A DNA stretch of 64,000 nucleotides from Candidatus Scalinduaceae bacterium. GTDB lineage: Bacteria > Planctomycetota > Brocadiia > Brocadiales > Scalinduaceae. The stretch lies in contig JBHICG010000002.1 of assembly GCA_046759445.1 (NCBI GenBank), forward strand, positions 52,763-116,762, read 5' to 3'. Each line of letters opens with the position of its first letter. Position 1 is the first letter of the stretch. The notes under the pieces are model-generated. The model saw only the letters and a list, made by a program, of their open reading frames with translations, did not search any database and was not told the origin of the DNA. The position numbers and the translations under genes are program-made. Positions 19,363-28,486 of this stretch are shown here, in pieces.

Positions 19363-19608
19363 TTGGAGGTAATTATATTGAAAGTTTTAACTATACGTTT
19401 ACCAAAAGATATCGAAAACAAAATCAGGATCAAGGCTAAACTCAAACATCGATCAGTTTCAGAACAGATAAAAAAGTATATCAGTGAAGCAATGATTTGC
19501 GAAGAAAACCCGGATTTGCCACTAAGATTTATAAAAGAAACACTTGAAGCCAAAGCAGAAATTGAAGCGGGACTTGGGGTAGAATATAAGTTTGGCACAA
19601 TTAAATGA
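19363..19608 (+). CDS. ribbon-helix-helix antitoxin
   Basis: LTIRLPKDIENKIRIKAKLKHRSVSEQI...EENPDLP; overlaps the toxin start. Confidence 0.8.
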   Translation: MEVIILKVLTIRLPKDIENKIRIKAKLKHRSVSEQIKKYISEAMICEENPDLPLRFIKETLEAKAEIEAGLGVEYKFGTIK

Positions 19609-19883
19609 AGAGCATAATCGCTTCGAATCGTTTCTTAAAATTTAAGAAAAAATCACCTAAGAAATTACAACTGGAGATTGACAATGAGGTAAAGAAAATT
19701 ATCAATAATCCCAACATTGGTGAATTGAAAAAAGGAGACTTGAAAGCAATACACGTTCACAAGTTCAAGTTTAAAACACAACTTTATTTACTTTCATATG
19801 AAGTTAAAGGAAGCACGTTATTTTTGTATCTAATTGACACACACGAAAATTACTATAAGCAATTAAAGAGGTATCTGTCTTAG
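19605..19883 (+). CDS. RelE/ParE family toxin
   Basis: NPNIGELKKGDL..HVHKFK..LYLLSY..HENYYKQLKRYL. Confidence 0.88.
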   Translation: MKSIIASNRFLKFKKKSPKKLQLEIDNEVKKIINNPNIGELKKGDLKAIHVHKFKFKTQLYLLSYEVKGSTLFLYLIDTHENYYKQLKRYLS

Positions 19884-20035
19884 AATAACTCTTAAGCGTA
19901 TAATTTCTTCATACAATTCGATAAAAACTTTTTGAAATACGTAATCATACAATCAAACGGCAGCATTTGCGAGTTTGATTTTTAATAACTATAATCACAA
20001 ATCAAGGTTTGATAATATCCTCCCCCTTCAATAAA

Positions 20036-20105
20036 TAAAGAAAAATTATCTTTGCTTTTTTTCTATTAGGAGAGGTTTATCTCTTGACAACGGGGGCCTT
20101 ATAGG
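20036..20105. repeat. about 70-bp direct repeat, copy 1 (copy 2 at 23088-23155)
   Basis: TAAAGAAAA(A)TTATCTTT...TTCTATTAGGAGAGGTTTATCTCTTGACAACGGGGRCCTTATAGG; each copy ends 2 nt from the stop codon of a minus-strand gene. Confidence 0.85.
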
Positions 20106-20107
20106 GC

Positions 20108-20665
20108 TTAGGCAGAGTGTAAGTTAGCTTGATTATTCTCTCTAAATTCATCGGCCTCTTTGATGATCCTTTGCCACTCAGTTGGTCCCGTTCCAGAATA
20201 TAAGCCTTGGATTTCCCCGTATATTTCCCCAGAAATACAGACTAACAGAAATGAATCAGCCCTTGATATCGAGTCGGCTGGAACTTGGACTCTACCATTA
20301 TCTATTTCGATGTAGATGGAAGAATTGCGTATCTTGAAGAGATCGCCGTCTCTAAACCATTTGGCAAACCTTGATTCCTCTCTGCCATAGATACGCTTGA
20401 CTCGCGCATTCACTTCGAGTGTCATACCAACCGCATATATATACTTCTGCTCATGATTATAGAAACTTCTCTTATCAAGTTTGCCTGAAAGATCCTTATT
20501 GCCAAGTATGATTATCTTACCCACCTCTTCAATGAGAGTGATGGCAAAGAAAGAAGCAAGAGCAAAATCATTCTTCTCGTAGAAACGGCGAGCTAATAAC
20601 CAATACTTCTCTAGGTGATCTCGCGCCCCTTGCGGTAGAGAGATAGGCTTAGTATGGATATCCAT
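20108..20665 (-). CDS. AbiV-family (HEPN) abortive-infection-like protein
   Basis: ASFFAITLIEEVGK, NHEQK and RNSSIYIE pattern. Confidence 0.7.
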   Translation of the reverse strand: MDIHTKPISLPQGARDHLEKYWLLARRFYEKNDFALASFFAITLIEEVGKIIILGNKDLSGKLDKRSFYNHEQKYIYAVGMTLEVNARVKRIYGREESRFAKWFRDGDLFKIRNSSIYIEIDNGRVQVPADSISRADSFLLVCISGEIYGEIQGLYSGTGPTEWQRIIKEADEFRENNQANLHSA

Positions 20666-20843
20666 TAAAGCTCAATCCTTGCTTTGTGAAAGCCATTCAT
20701 TACTTATTGGACACTCTGCCTAACACCATGCATAACCTAGTGGGATACTAACCTTGTATTATTGAATAAGTTTGAATGCATTTATAAGCTTGAACCTAGA
20801 AAAAGCCCTACATTCCCGTTCAGGTTCATGCGATAGATAGATA

Positions 20844-21731
20844 TTAATTTTCAACCTCACTACGAAATAAAAACCTTTCTTTTTCAAATAGAATTTTTGA
20901 AATAATAATATCCAAAATAAGGAACATTCTCTTTTCAAGTTTTTTGCTGGGTCCATAGTTAGCAGGAGCAAAATAATTAATTCTTTTGGCTTTGACTAAT
21001 TTTTTGCAAACATTTAATGATTTTGGGCTATTTGGCTTATATACAGCAATGGCAAATCCACTGTTCATCTTTACTACTGTCATCGATGGTACATCAGTGA
21101 GACCATCTCCAATATAAATCATATTAGAAAAAGGGATTGCTCTTTCGCTTTCAGGCATATATTCATTAATTGATTTCGTAACATCTTCTATTCCTTTATT
21201 TATTCGAAATAAAAATTGAGTTTTTGATGTATCATTAATCACTATTGTTGGAAATTTTGCCACATGATGATGATCAAAGAAATATTCAGAGGCATACATT
21301 CTTTCGAAATTTTTTTTAATATCTATTCCCTCTAATATTTCCTTTAAACCTGACGAAATAATGTAATGTTTTATTTTTACTTTATCATTTGACTTCTCTT
21401 TAACATAATCATTAATCCGATCAAACCATGTCTTAACACCAGGATAATAATTAATATTTTTAGCAAGACTTTGAAGTTTGTTTTTATCGAGATGAGTTCT
21501 TTTTTCTTCAATTTTTTCAATGAGTAACCGCATATAAGTAAGCATACCATCCGCTTTTGTTTTTTTTGTTTCTTTTTTGACTTCTTCCCAAAACTTCTTT
21601 GAACTGAGCTGTAACTCGGGAAGCATAGTATATTCTTGCATTGGTAGAGGAGTTAGGGTTCCATCAAAATCATAAACCACTGCGATTACATTTTGGCCAA
21701 AAGATCTTCTGGTTTTTTTACTTTTTTTCAT
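20844..21731 (-). CDS. HAD-superfamily hydrolase
   Basis: YDFDGTLT, IISSG, KTQFLFRINKG, YIGDGLTDVP. Confidence 0.9.
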   Translation of the reverse strand: MKKSKKTRRSFGQNVIAVVYDFDGTLTPLPMQEYTMLPELQLSSKKFWEEVKKETKKTKADGMLTYMRLLIEKIEEKRTHLDKNKLQSLAKNINYYPGVKTWFDRINDYVKEKSNDKVKIKHYIISSGLKEILEGIDIKKNFERMYASEYFFDHHHVAKFPTIVINDTSKTQFLFRINKGIEDVTKSINEYMPESERAIPFSNMIYIGDGLTDVPSMTVVKMNSGFAIAVYKPNSPKSLNVCKKLVKAKRINYFAPANYGPSKKLEKRMFLILDIIISKILFEKERFLFRSEVEN

Positions 21732-21751
21732 AAGGGTTATTTACTTTTTTG

Positions 21752-21866
21752 TTTCTAATGGCAGAATTGAACGGCAACCGCAGGCGACACGGAGAAAGTG
21801 AACGCAAGCGCTCGCATATTAATGTCGGCAAGGCGGCAGCCCCGCTTGCAATGCATTTGTCAATAT
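21752..21866 (-). mobile_element. degenerate integron attC-like site
   Basis: Minus strand TATTGAC-AAATGC-ATTG[C]AA[G]CGG...CCGTTCAAT-TCTGCC-ATTAGAA; L boxes pair with two extra bases; GC-rich internal stem. Confidence 0.55.
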
Positions 21867-22062
21867 GAAATAATTCTTATTTCATTTCTGTGCAACCAAT
21901 AAGAGACTCGGCCCCTTAGTCCGTGACTTTGGCCCTTTAATTGGGATATGTTGTACCCGAACCTTCATTATTCAACAATTAATTGTTTTTTTAATACTTC
22001 AATCTCTTTCTGGAATTTCTTATCTCTTTTTATCCAGGTTTCTAATCTCTTTAGAGCTTCAC

Positions 22063-22986
22063 TTACCGTTGACCCTTTATTCCCATCCCAATTTCTATAT
22101 TCTTCATATCGTTTTTTATTTTGACGAGCTCAATTAAAAGCTCAATTTTTTTTTCCCATAGTTCTTCTCTTTCTTTCTCAAGTGCCCCAATTTTTTGTAT
22201 GCTATATTGATTGTAGGTATCTAATAATGATGTAGTATCCTTACTTTTTTTAGTAGCTGAAATAGGTTGAATATAAAATTTCAAAAAATCCTTTCTTACA
22301 GTAATACGTTTTTCACTATGCAAAAAGACTCTCAGTTCACGAAGAACAGTTTCTCCACTGTTTAAACCAACAGCGCCGAAACTTTCTGTTTCCACAGTAT
22401 CAACCCAAGGTACTTTCCTTCCTTCCTCTAAGATACGAAAGGATATATTTAAACTATATATAGGAAATTCATTGTTATTCGTAATTTCTATGGGAACAGT
22501 AATCCAATGATTAGATTCCAACTGTGGAGTAATAAAAGTTAATGCCACACTTTTGGCAGTTTTTGCTAAATCTCTTTCAATATAATAATTTGCTAAAACA
22601 GAATCTATCTTTTTAAAACGGTCGTTTAGTGTTGTATATTCACTATTTATTTGATTATATTTTATAAGAAGATCAGCTTTTTCTAATAACGCCGAGAAAG
22701 AAATACCGTCGATTAATGCCAGATATTCAGGTGGGCGTATTGTTTCGTTGAAAAAAGAAGGGTAGCGTGACAAAAAGTGGTCATATTTCTGTTCAAGTAT
22801 ATGAATGATTTGCTCCTGTTGATCAGGAGATGCTTTATTAAGCAAACTAGCAAGGCTTTTTTGGTATGCTTCTTGTGATGAACCATCAATTTCTTCGTAG
22901 GAACCACCACACGAAATCAGTAATGTAGTACACAACAGAGCCGTTAAAACAATTATGAAATTTTTCATAATTAATGTAGACATCAA
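22063..22986 (-). CDS. hypothetical lipoprotein
   Basis: MKNFIIVLTALLCTTLLISC lipobox-like signal; 307 aa. Confidence 0.65.
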   Translation of the reverse strand: MMSTLIMKNFIIVLTALLCTTLLISCGGSYEEIDGSSQEAYQKSLASLLNKASPDQQEQIIHILEQKYDHFLSRYPSFFNETIRPPEYLALIDGISFSALLEKADLLIKYNQINSEYTTLNDRFKKIDSVLANYYIERDLAKTAKSVALTFITPQLESNHWITVPIEITNNNEFPIYSLNISFRILEEGRKVPWVDTVETESFGAVGLNSGETVLRELRVFLHSEKRITVRKDFLKFYIQPISATKKSKDTTSLLDTYNQYSIQKIGALEKEREELWEKKIELLIELVKIKNDMKNIEIGMGIKGQR

Positions 22987-23157
22987 GTCGTGGTTTATAG
23001 TAGTAAACTATCTGCCTTTGTCAATCGAGAACAACCTGAATTTGGGGAGTATTTTATCCGACATTTTTTGGTAGATCTATAAATTATTAAAGAAAATTAT
23101 CTTTACTTTTTTCTATTAGGAGAGGTTTATCTCTTGACAACGGGGACCTTATAGGTG

Positions 23158-23844
23158 TTATGTGCGATATTTATCTAAGAATCTCTGAATTTCATTTTCT
23201 ATTTCTTTGAAAAAAGCTTGGAGAATTTCTATATATGCAGAAATAAATTCGCTCCTAAAAATTACAATATCGCCAGGGTTGCCTGACAAAGATTCTTGCG
23301 CCTTTACAAACTTATTGATTTTGTCGCTTTCATTCTCTGGCAAAACACTGCCATTATGAACAACGCAGTTTCTCAATCTGTTAGTGTTTTTAATGAAAGA
23401 TAGCTCCTTATTAATTCTATCAAATTTGAATTCTGGTATTTTTTTCAAGAATAATAGAGCTCGTTCGATACCACTACCTTTTAAGTCACGAATGCAAATA
23501 TTGCTTTTTAGTTCATCTCCTATCTGACTGCATAATAGGTTTAAATGATGTTCTAGAAAATTATATAGCGTTATAAACATTGACCCTCGATGCATAGAAG
23601 GAAACATAAATTGGTTTTTGTGTAAATCGTATGTATAGCTTTCAATAAACCGATCATGATTATTTTCAGGTATTTCTTTTAGTTTTTCTGTGATATGGGC
23701 CTGTAATTTCTCATCATTTTTTTCAAATAATTTTTCAACCTCAGTATAAAACTGCCTGTAATCGTGAAGATCATTAACAATAGAATGTGGATATGTGACC
23801 AACTCGAAACTAAAAGGAATATTGTTACTTTCTTGTTTGTGCAT
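23158..23844 (-). CDS. HEPN-like hypothetical protein
   Basis: RNCVVH Rx4H motif in a helical protein; LYNFLEHHL. Confidence 0.6.
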   Translation of the reverse strand: MHKQESNNIPFSFELVTYPHSIVNDLHDYRQFYTEVEKLFEKNDEKLQAHITEKLKEIPENNHDRFIESYTYDLHKNQFMFPSMHRGSMFITLYNFLEHHLNLLCSQIGDELKSNICIRDLKGSGIERALLFLKKIPEFKFDRINKELSFIKNTNRLRNCVVHNGSVLPENESDKINKFVKAQESLSGNPGDIVIFRSEFISAYIEILQAFFKEIENEIQRFLDKYRT

Positions 23845-24107
23845 TTTATTTTTTCCTGCACATAATTTACTTTTATATAGAGAATATAGATAGTATAAAA
23901 GAATATAGCAAAAGTAGCAAAAGAATATAGGTGACCTTATTAGATGAAATGTTATATTGCAAGACCTGAACCCATTCTTGCGCTGGCCCCGTTTCTTACC
24001 CTGTTTCTCCCTGTTGGTTTCCCGACACCTCGAGAAAATCTACACCAACCCTATTTTTTCCCTTTATTGTCAGCAACAAAGTGAGCAATAACTTACTGCA
24101 CATGCTC

Positions 24108-24443
24108 TTATTTCGTGACAATGAGCGCAATGAACACCCCCGTGAGTGCCAAATAGAGGCCTTTGATAGCAACACCAAAAAGAATTAGCTCAAATCCTGA
24201 CCAGATCATAAGTGCTACACCAGCAGCAGTCAGCACCACGGTAATTGTAGCAATCCCAATCAACTCTTTCGCGTTGTAATTATTTTTGTGCCTCGTCCGC
24301 AAAGAACCAATGAAACCTGCCGGACCAATGAAACATAACGCGCACGCCACGAGCGCGGCGGTACCACTTACAAGTGAGCTTTTAAACATTACTTGAATGC
24401 AAGTGATCACGGTGATAAGGAAATAAAAATAAGCGAGCCACAT
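24108..24443 (-). CDS. hypothetical membrane protein
   Basis: About four hydrophobic segments in 111 aa. Confidence 0.55.
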   Translation of the reverse strand: MWLAYFYFLITVITCIQVMFKSSLVSGTAALVACALCFIGPAGFIGSLRTRHKNNYNAKELIGIATITVVLTAAGVALMIWSGFELILFGVAIKGLYLALTGVFIALIVTK

Positions 24444-24733
24444 TGGAGAATATAGGTCCAGAGAAAGTTAAATAAGAAATCTAAGATTTATATTTAAGCG
24501 AAAAGTGTAACTAATTTGTAAGTAAATCAAATTTTCATAAAGCAATTCGATTAATCAATTGATTGAGGAATCATCTAGTAGGAAAAGTCTGTTTACTCCG
24601 TGGAACCAACTATTCCACTGGGGTTTTGTTCTTGACATCTATCTCAATAGGTGACCCCGTTCCGCTCTTGTAACGCACAGAGGGGATCTTTTGCGAACAC
24701 CCAGGGCCATGATTGCGGGGCCGCTGAAACGCT

Positions 24734-25015
24734 TTAGAAGTCGCGAGGGTCCGGGTTCAAAATTTCTTCATCACCTTCAATGGGATATTCAGCATCGTTC
24801 AATTCTTTACAGTCAACATGATCACCCAATGACCAAGGACTAATAGCTGTAGGTTGCGCTATTGATTTTTTTTCAACTGCGATGGAGAATTCTAATGTCG
24901 CTTTTCTCCGAGCTTTCTTTTCATCTTCTGCTCGCACTATTACATTACCTTTATATATACTTGCATCCCAATGTTGAGAATTTAAATTTTTCGCTTCTAA
25001 ATAGAATATTTTCAT
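24734..25015 (-). CDS. hypothetical protein
   Basis: 93 aa; VIVRAEDEKKAR motif; cassette-like flanks. Confidence 0.6.
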   Translation of the reverse strand: MKIFYLEAKNLNSQHWDASIYKGNVIVRAEDEKKARRKATLEFSIAVEKKSIAQPTAISPWSLGDHVDCKELNDAEYPIEGDEEILNPDPRDF

Positions 25016-25360
25016 TGTCGATTTCTTTCTTCTAACATTTACTTTTATATTTATTTTATATTTCTCAGCGTGTTATCGTAGTACGTGTTGGATATCAAGC
25101 TCAAACCGATAGAATTGTACTGGGACATAAATATAGACAGCGACTGTTTTACCTAAACCAGTTAACCGTCATTGTACTAACTCAATAATTCGGTAATAAA
25201 TTTTAGTCTTATATGCTCTTTTATAATAGTGTTATAGTAAAAAAAAGTTACCTATTTACTGAGCATATACAGCTGTACCTATTTATTCACCTAGCAAACT
25301 CAGTCTCTCTTGAAAAATCTTGAGCAATTATTTCTGTACTAGTTAAAGCTAATTCACTCA

Positions 25361-26143
25361 TTACTGAAATAACCTCTCATATTCTAAACGTTCTTCAGGG
25401 GTAAGTGACCTTTGCTGAAGTATTTTTATAAGTTTCTTTGCTGTTTTTTGTTTTTCTTCTGTTATTTCCTCAAAATTTGGGATGGGTATGGCCTCTACCA
25501 ATTCGCCAGTTGATATAAAGCTTGGGGGAATTACAACTTTATTTACTTCGTAGCCACTAGTAGAACCATATAGTTCATACGTTCTGGATCTATTTAATTC
25601 GTCTATTTTTGCGACAACGAAATAATCTGGCTCGCTAAAATAGCGAAATGAACGGAACATAAAACCTTCTCGTTTTGCTCCCAGAAATTGTTTAACGTTA
25701 TCTTCAGAAGCAGTTAGCCGAAAGCGTATAGTTGTTTTATTTACATATGGGCACAAAAATTCAACGACAATATCGTTTTCAGTCTTTTCTATATCTTCGA
25801 GATATCCTTTGAACAAGATGGGGTTCTTAGAATGGGCTTCCATGAATTTTTGGATTTCATAAGTGAAAGATGAAACACCCAAATTTTGCGGCAGGAAATA
25901 AACTGCGCTGTACTTACTTTTCAATTCATCAATCTTGAGTCTTTCTTCCTTTTGAGATTTTTGTACTCGTTCTTTCCTTTCAGCTTCTTCTTGCGACCTC
26001 CTTTCTTCGTAGGATGGGCCACACCCAGAGCTAAGAAGCAATAGACTCAAGATGATCGTATAGGCCAAATGAGTTGTGGATGTCGATTTTTTAGGTTGAG
26101 GATCGCATCTTTGATATTTGATATTCACATTGAGGACTTGCAT
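25361..26143 (-). CDS. hypothetical lipoprotein
   Basis: LSLLLLSSGC lipobox; true start may lie downstream of 26143. Confidence 0.6.
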   Translation of the reverse strand: MQVLNVNIKYQRCDPQPKKSTSTTHLAYTIILSLLLLSSGCGPSYEERRSQEEAERKERVQKSQKEERLKIDELKSKYSAVYFLPQNLGVSSFTYEIQKFMEAHSKNPILFKGYLEDIEKTENDIVVEFLCPYVNKTTIRFRLTASEDNVKQFLGAKREGFMFRSFRYFSEPDYFVVAKIDELNRSRTYELYGSTSGYEVNKVVIPPSFISTGELVEAIPIPNFEEITEEKQKTAKKLIKILQQRSLTPEERLEYERLFQ

Positions 26144-26512
26144 TATTCACAATCCTATGAAACAAGTATTATGATTTGAGAACGACTATTTTTGGCAAGA
26201 AAGCTCATGTTTCTACACTCGTGTAGACATAAACCTGAATTATGTTAACTAATCCACATCATAAGACGCGGCAAAGTTTTTATGCTGGTGAATAAGGTGA
26301 TATTAAATATACTTATTATTGAAGTCAAGTATAAAAAGAGAGGTGGATTCAGGGCCTGTTTCGTATTCTTTTCTGGATTGTCTTGCTCAGGAGAATTAAG
26401 TTTAAAAGGCTGAAGCCTTAACTCCTAATAGTATTGTAACGAAGGCCGATTTGTAATTTAAAATTGCAAAATTAAAAATCCCATCATCCTGTCTAAAAAA
26501 CCCATAATGTTG

Positions 26513-26537
26513 GTGGAAGCCTAAAGGCTTCCGCTAC
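26513..26537. repeat. GTAG-type REP-like palindrome
   Basis: GGAAGCCT-AA-AGGCTTCC-GCTAC; related elements at 57881-57939, 58628-58650 and 58712-58764. Confidence 0.65.
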
Positions 26538-26573
26538 ATATTTTACCTGTGTTTCGTGACCTGCCCGATTATT

Positions 26574-28262
26574 TCATTTGGGTGAGTTGAAAGGTTCTAA
26601 TTTAAAAAGTTCTCGCAGCATTGATTCAGGATAGATACAAAAAAGATATTCTCTATTTGTAACAATTGAATTGTACATTAACTTCTTCTCTATTTGCTCT
26701 ATTTCTGTTTCTTTCTCATCAATTAAGGGTTTGATCTTTTCCTTCATCAATGCATTAAGTTGTTTAAGTCTGTTAAAAATCCAACGTCTTTCTTTACTAT
26801 CATGTGTTTCCCTGGCTATAAGGTCTTTTTTTTCACTTATCATAGACCTCATGCCTACGTCTTCCATAGTTTCCCTTGGGGCGTATCTTTCAGGATTGTA
26901 ATTCATATCATTAATATCTTGCTTGAGGACTCTAATATCTTTGCCAGAAGCATTATAAGGTTTATATGGCAGATGTAGAGTTGCCGTAATCGTTGCATGC
27001 CCGGGAGGCTCCACGCCAAAAAAAGCCCTTATGATTTCATCAGTTACCAAATCATATTTTGCGCCCCCAACCCCATGAATAAACAGGTCAGAAAAAAACA
27101 TCCTTGAATACATGGTTGTAATTATGGCCTTTGGCCGTATCTTCATACCAGCGTTTATCAAAATCTTTATTTTCCTTAAATTTTCCGACGAATTTACCTT
27201 TCCGTAGAAATCAAGATCAGCAACAACTATATTTTCGGATACTAAGCTTACGTGTTTATCACTTGTCACGGAAGCAAACAGTCTTTCCCTTGGTTCATTT
27301 TTCTTCCATATCCAAAATGGTAATTCAATCATGTCTTCTTTTACCATCAAATCAGGTAATGGATTAGCCTTTGAACTAATCTTTTTTAATTTACGATACT
27401 CTCCAAGTTTTGCGTTATAAATTCGCACAAAATTCCTTATATCCCCTACTATGTGCAGAAAGAAATTTAAAAAAGACTCTGTCTCAGATATAAGAGAGAC
27501 AGGTATCTCCAGATTGCTAATGCTAAATCTCTGTAAGTATGAGTGAATTGAATAGGTAAACAAATCACCAAGACTTTTCGTTTCCTTGCTAAGTGCTATT
27601 ACCATATCTATAAAATCTTTGAATGTCTTCTTCATGTCAGGATTAGATATGATTCGAAGCACATTTTTTTTAAAGGCCGTCAATTGTGTTGCATCTGTAT
27701 ATCTGACTTCTTCAAAAGCAAGATTATATAACCTTGAGACAAATTCTATCTTTTCCATTGAAGAACTTAATCCGTTTATTTTTGGAATGTTCAAATAATT
27801 GTCATGGCAGCCGTCATTATCAACTACCATATTTATGCCGATGCCATTTACGCTTTTTGAAATACTATTTACGAGTTTATTCTTTACCATTATACCTGGG
27901 TGTGCGAGGATTGGTGGGTGTCCGGTTTGTATTATGGTTTTGTCTGGAGTGTAAGAATTATGAATAGATGGCAGGTCTTTTTTAGATATTATCTTTAATT
28001 TTGAACAGGTGAACCATAATTTCTCAGAATATTCCCTTGCCTTTTTTAGTATCTCGGTTCTGGCCTGTTTGCGAAACTTAGAAAAGGGGATACCGTTAAT
28101 ATTAAAATTGTAAGATTGAAATCTCTCCTTATTTAGTTCGATTAATCCGGGAATGTCTTTATAAATGGGCTTGATGAATATCTCTTTGTCTTTTTTTGGA
28201 ATCACAAATGTTTCAATTTTCATAGACATTAGCTTCTCAGCCTGCCTGTGCGAAGCACGCAA
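26574..28262 (-). CDS. conserved hypothetical protein, remotely BshC-like
   Basis: QTGHPP, VVDND, ELPFW, RPKA, DLFIHGVGGAKYD; likely start at MSMKI (28229). Confidence 0.55.
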   Translation of the reverse strand: MRASHRQAEKLMSMKIETFVIPKKDKEIFIKPIYKDIPGLIELNKERFQSYNFNINGIPFSKFRKQARTEILKKAREYSEKLWFTCSKLKIISKKDLPSIHNSYTPDKTIIQTGHPPILAHPGIMVKNKLVNSISKSVNGIGINMVVDNDGCHDNYLNIPKINGLSSSMEKIEFVSRLYNLAFEEVRYTDATQLTAFKKNVLRIISNPDMKKTFKDFIDMVIALSKETKSLGDLFTYSIHSYLQRFSISNLEIPVSLISETESFLNFFLHIVGDIRNFVRIYNAKLGEYRKLKKISSKANPLPDLMVKEDMIELPFWIWKKNEPRERLFASVTSDKHVSLVSENIVVADLDFYGKVNSSENLRKIKILINAGMKIRPKAIITTMYSRMFFSDLFIHGVGGAKYDLVTDEIIRAFFGVEPPGHATITATLHLPYKPYNASGKDIRVLKQDINDMNYNPERYAPRETMEDVGMRSMISEKKDLIARETHDSKERRWIFNRLKQLNALMKEKIKPLIDEKETEIEQIEKKLMYNSIVTNREYLFCIYPESMLRELFKLEPFNSPK

Positions 28263-28303
28263 ACAGGTCGCTAATTTAAATGTATAGGAATTTCAATCAT
28301 AGT

Positions 28304-28382
28304 TTCCCCTCTAGAAAGAGGGGATTAAGGGGTGTGTAGATATACCTTTAACACACCCCCAGCCCCTCTTTTTAGAGGGGAA
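28304..28382. repeat. palindromic MITE-like element
   Basis: TTCCCCTCT...AGAGGGG...GGGGTGTGT...ACACACCCC...AGAGGGGAA. Confidence 0.7.
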
Positions 28383-28486
28383 CATGAAAGTCGCTGCCAA
28401 AGGCAGCTTAACTTGTTGCTTTTTGCTCCGCAAAATAAAACTTAAAATATTTGGTTCAGGTTACAAACTTGAAGCCATTTAGAGAT

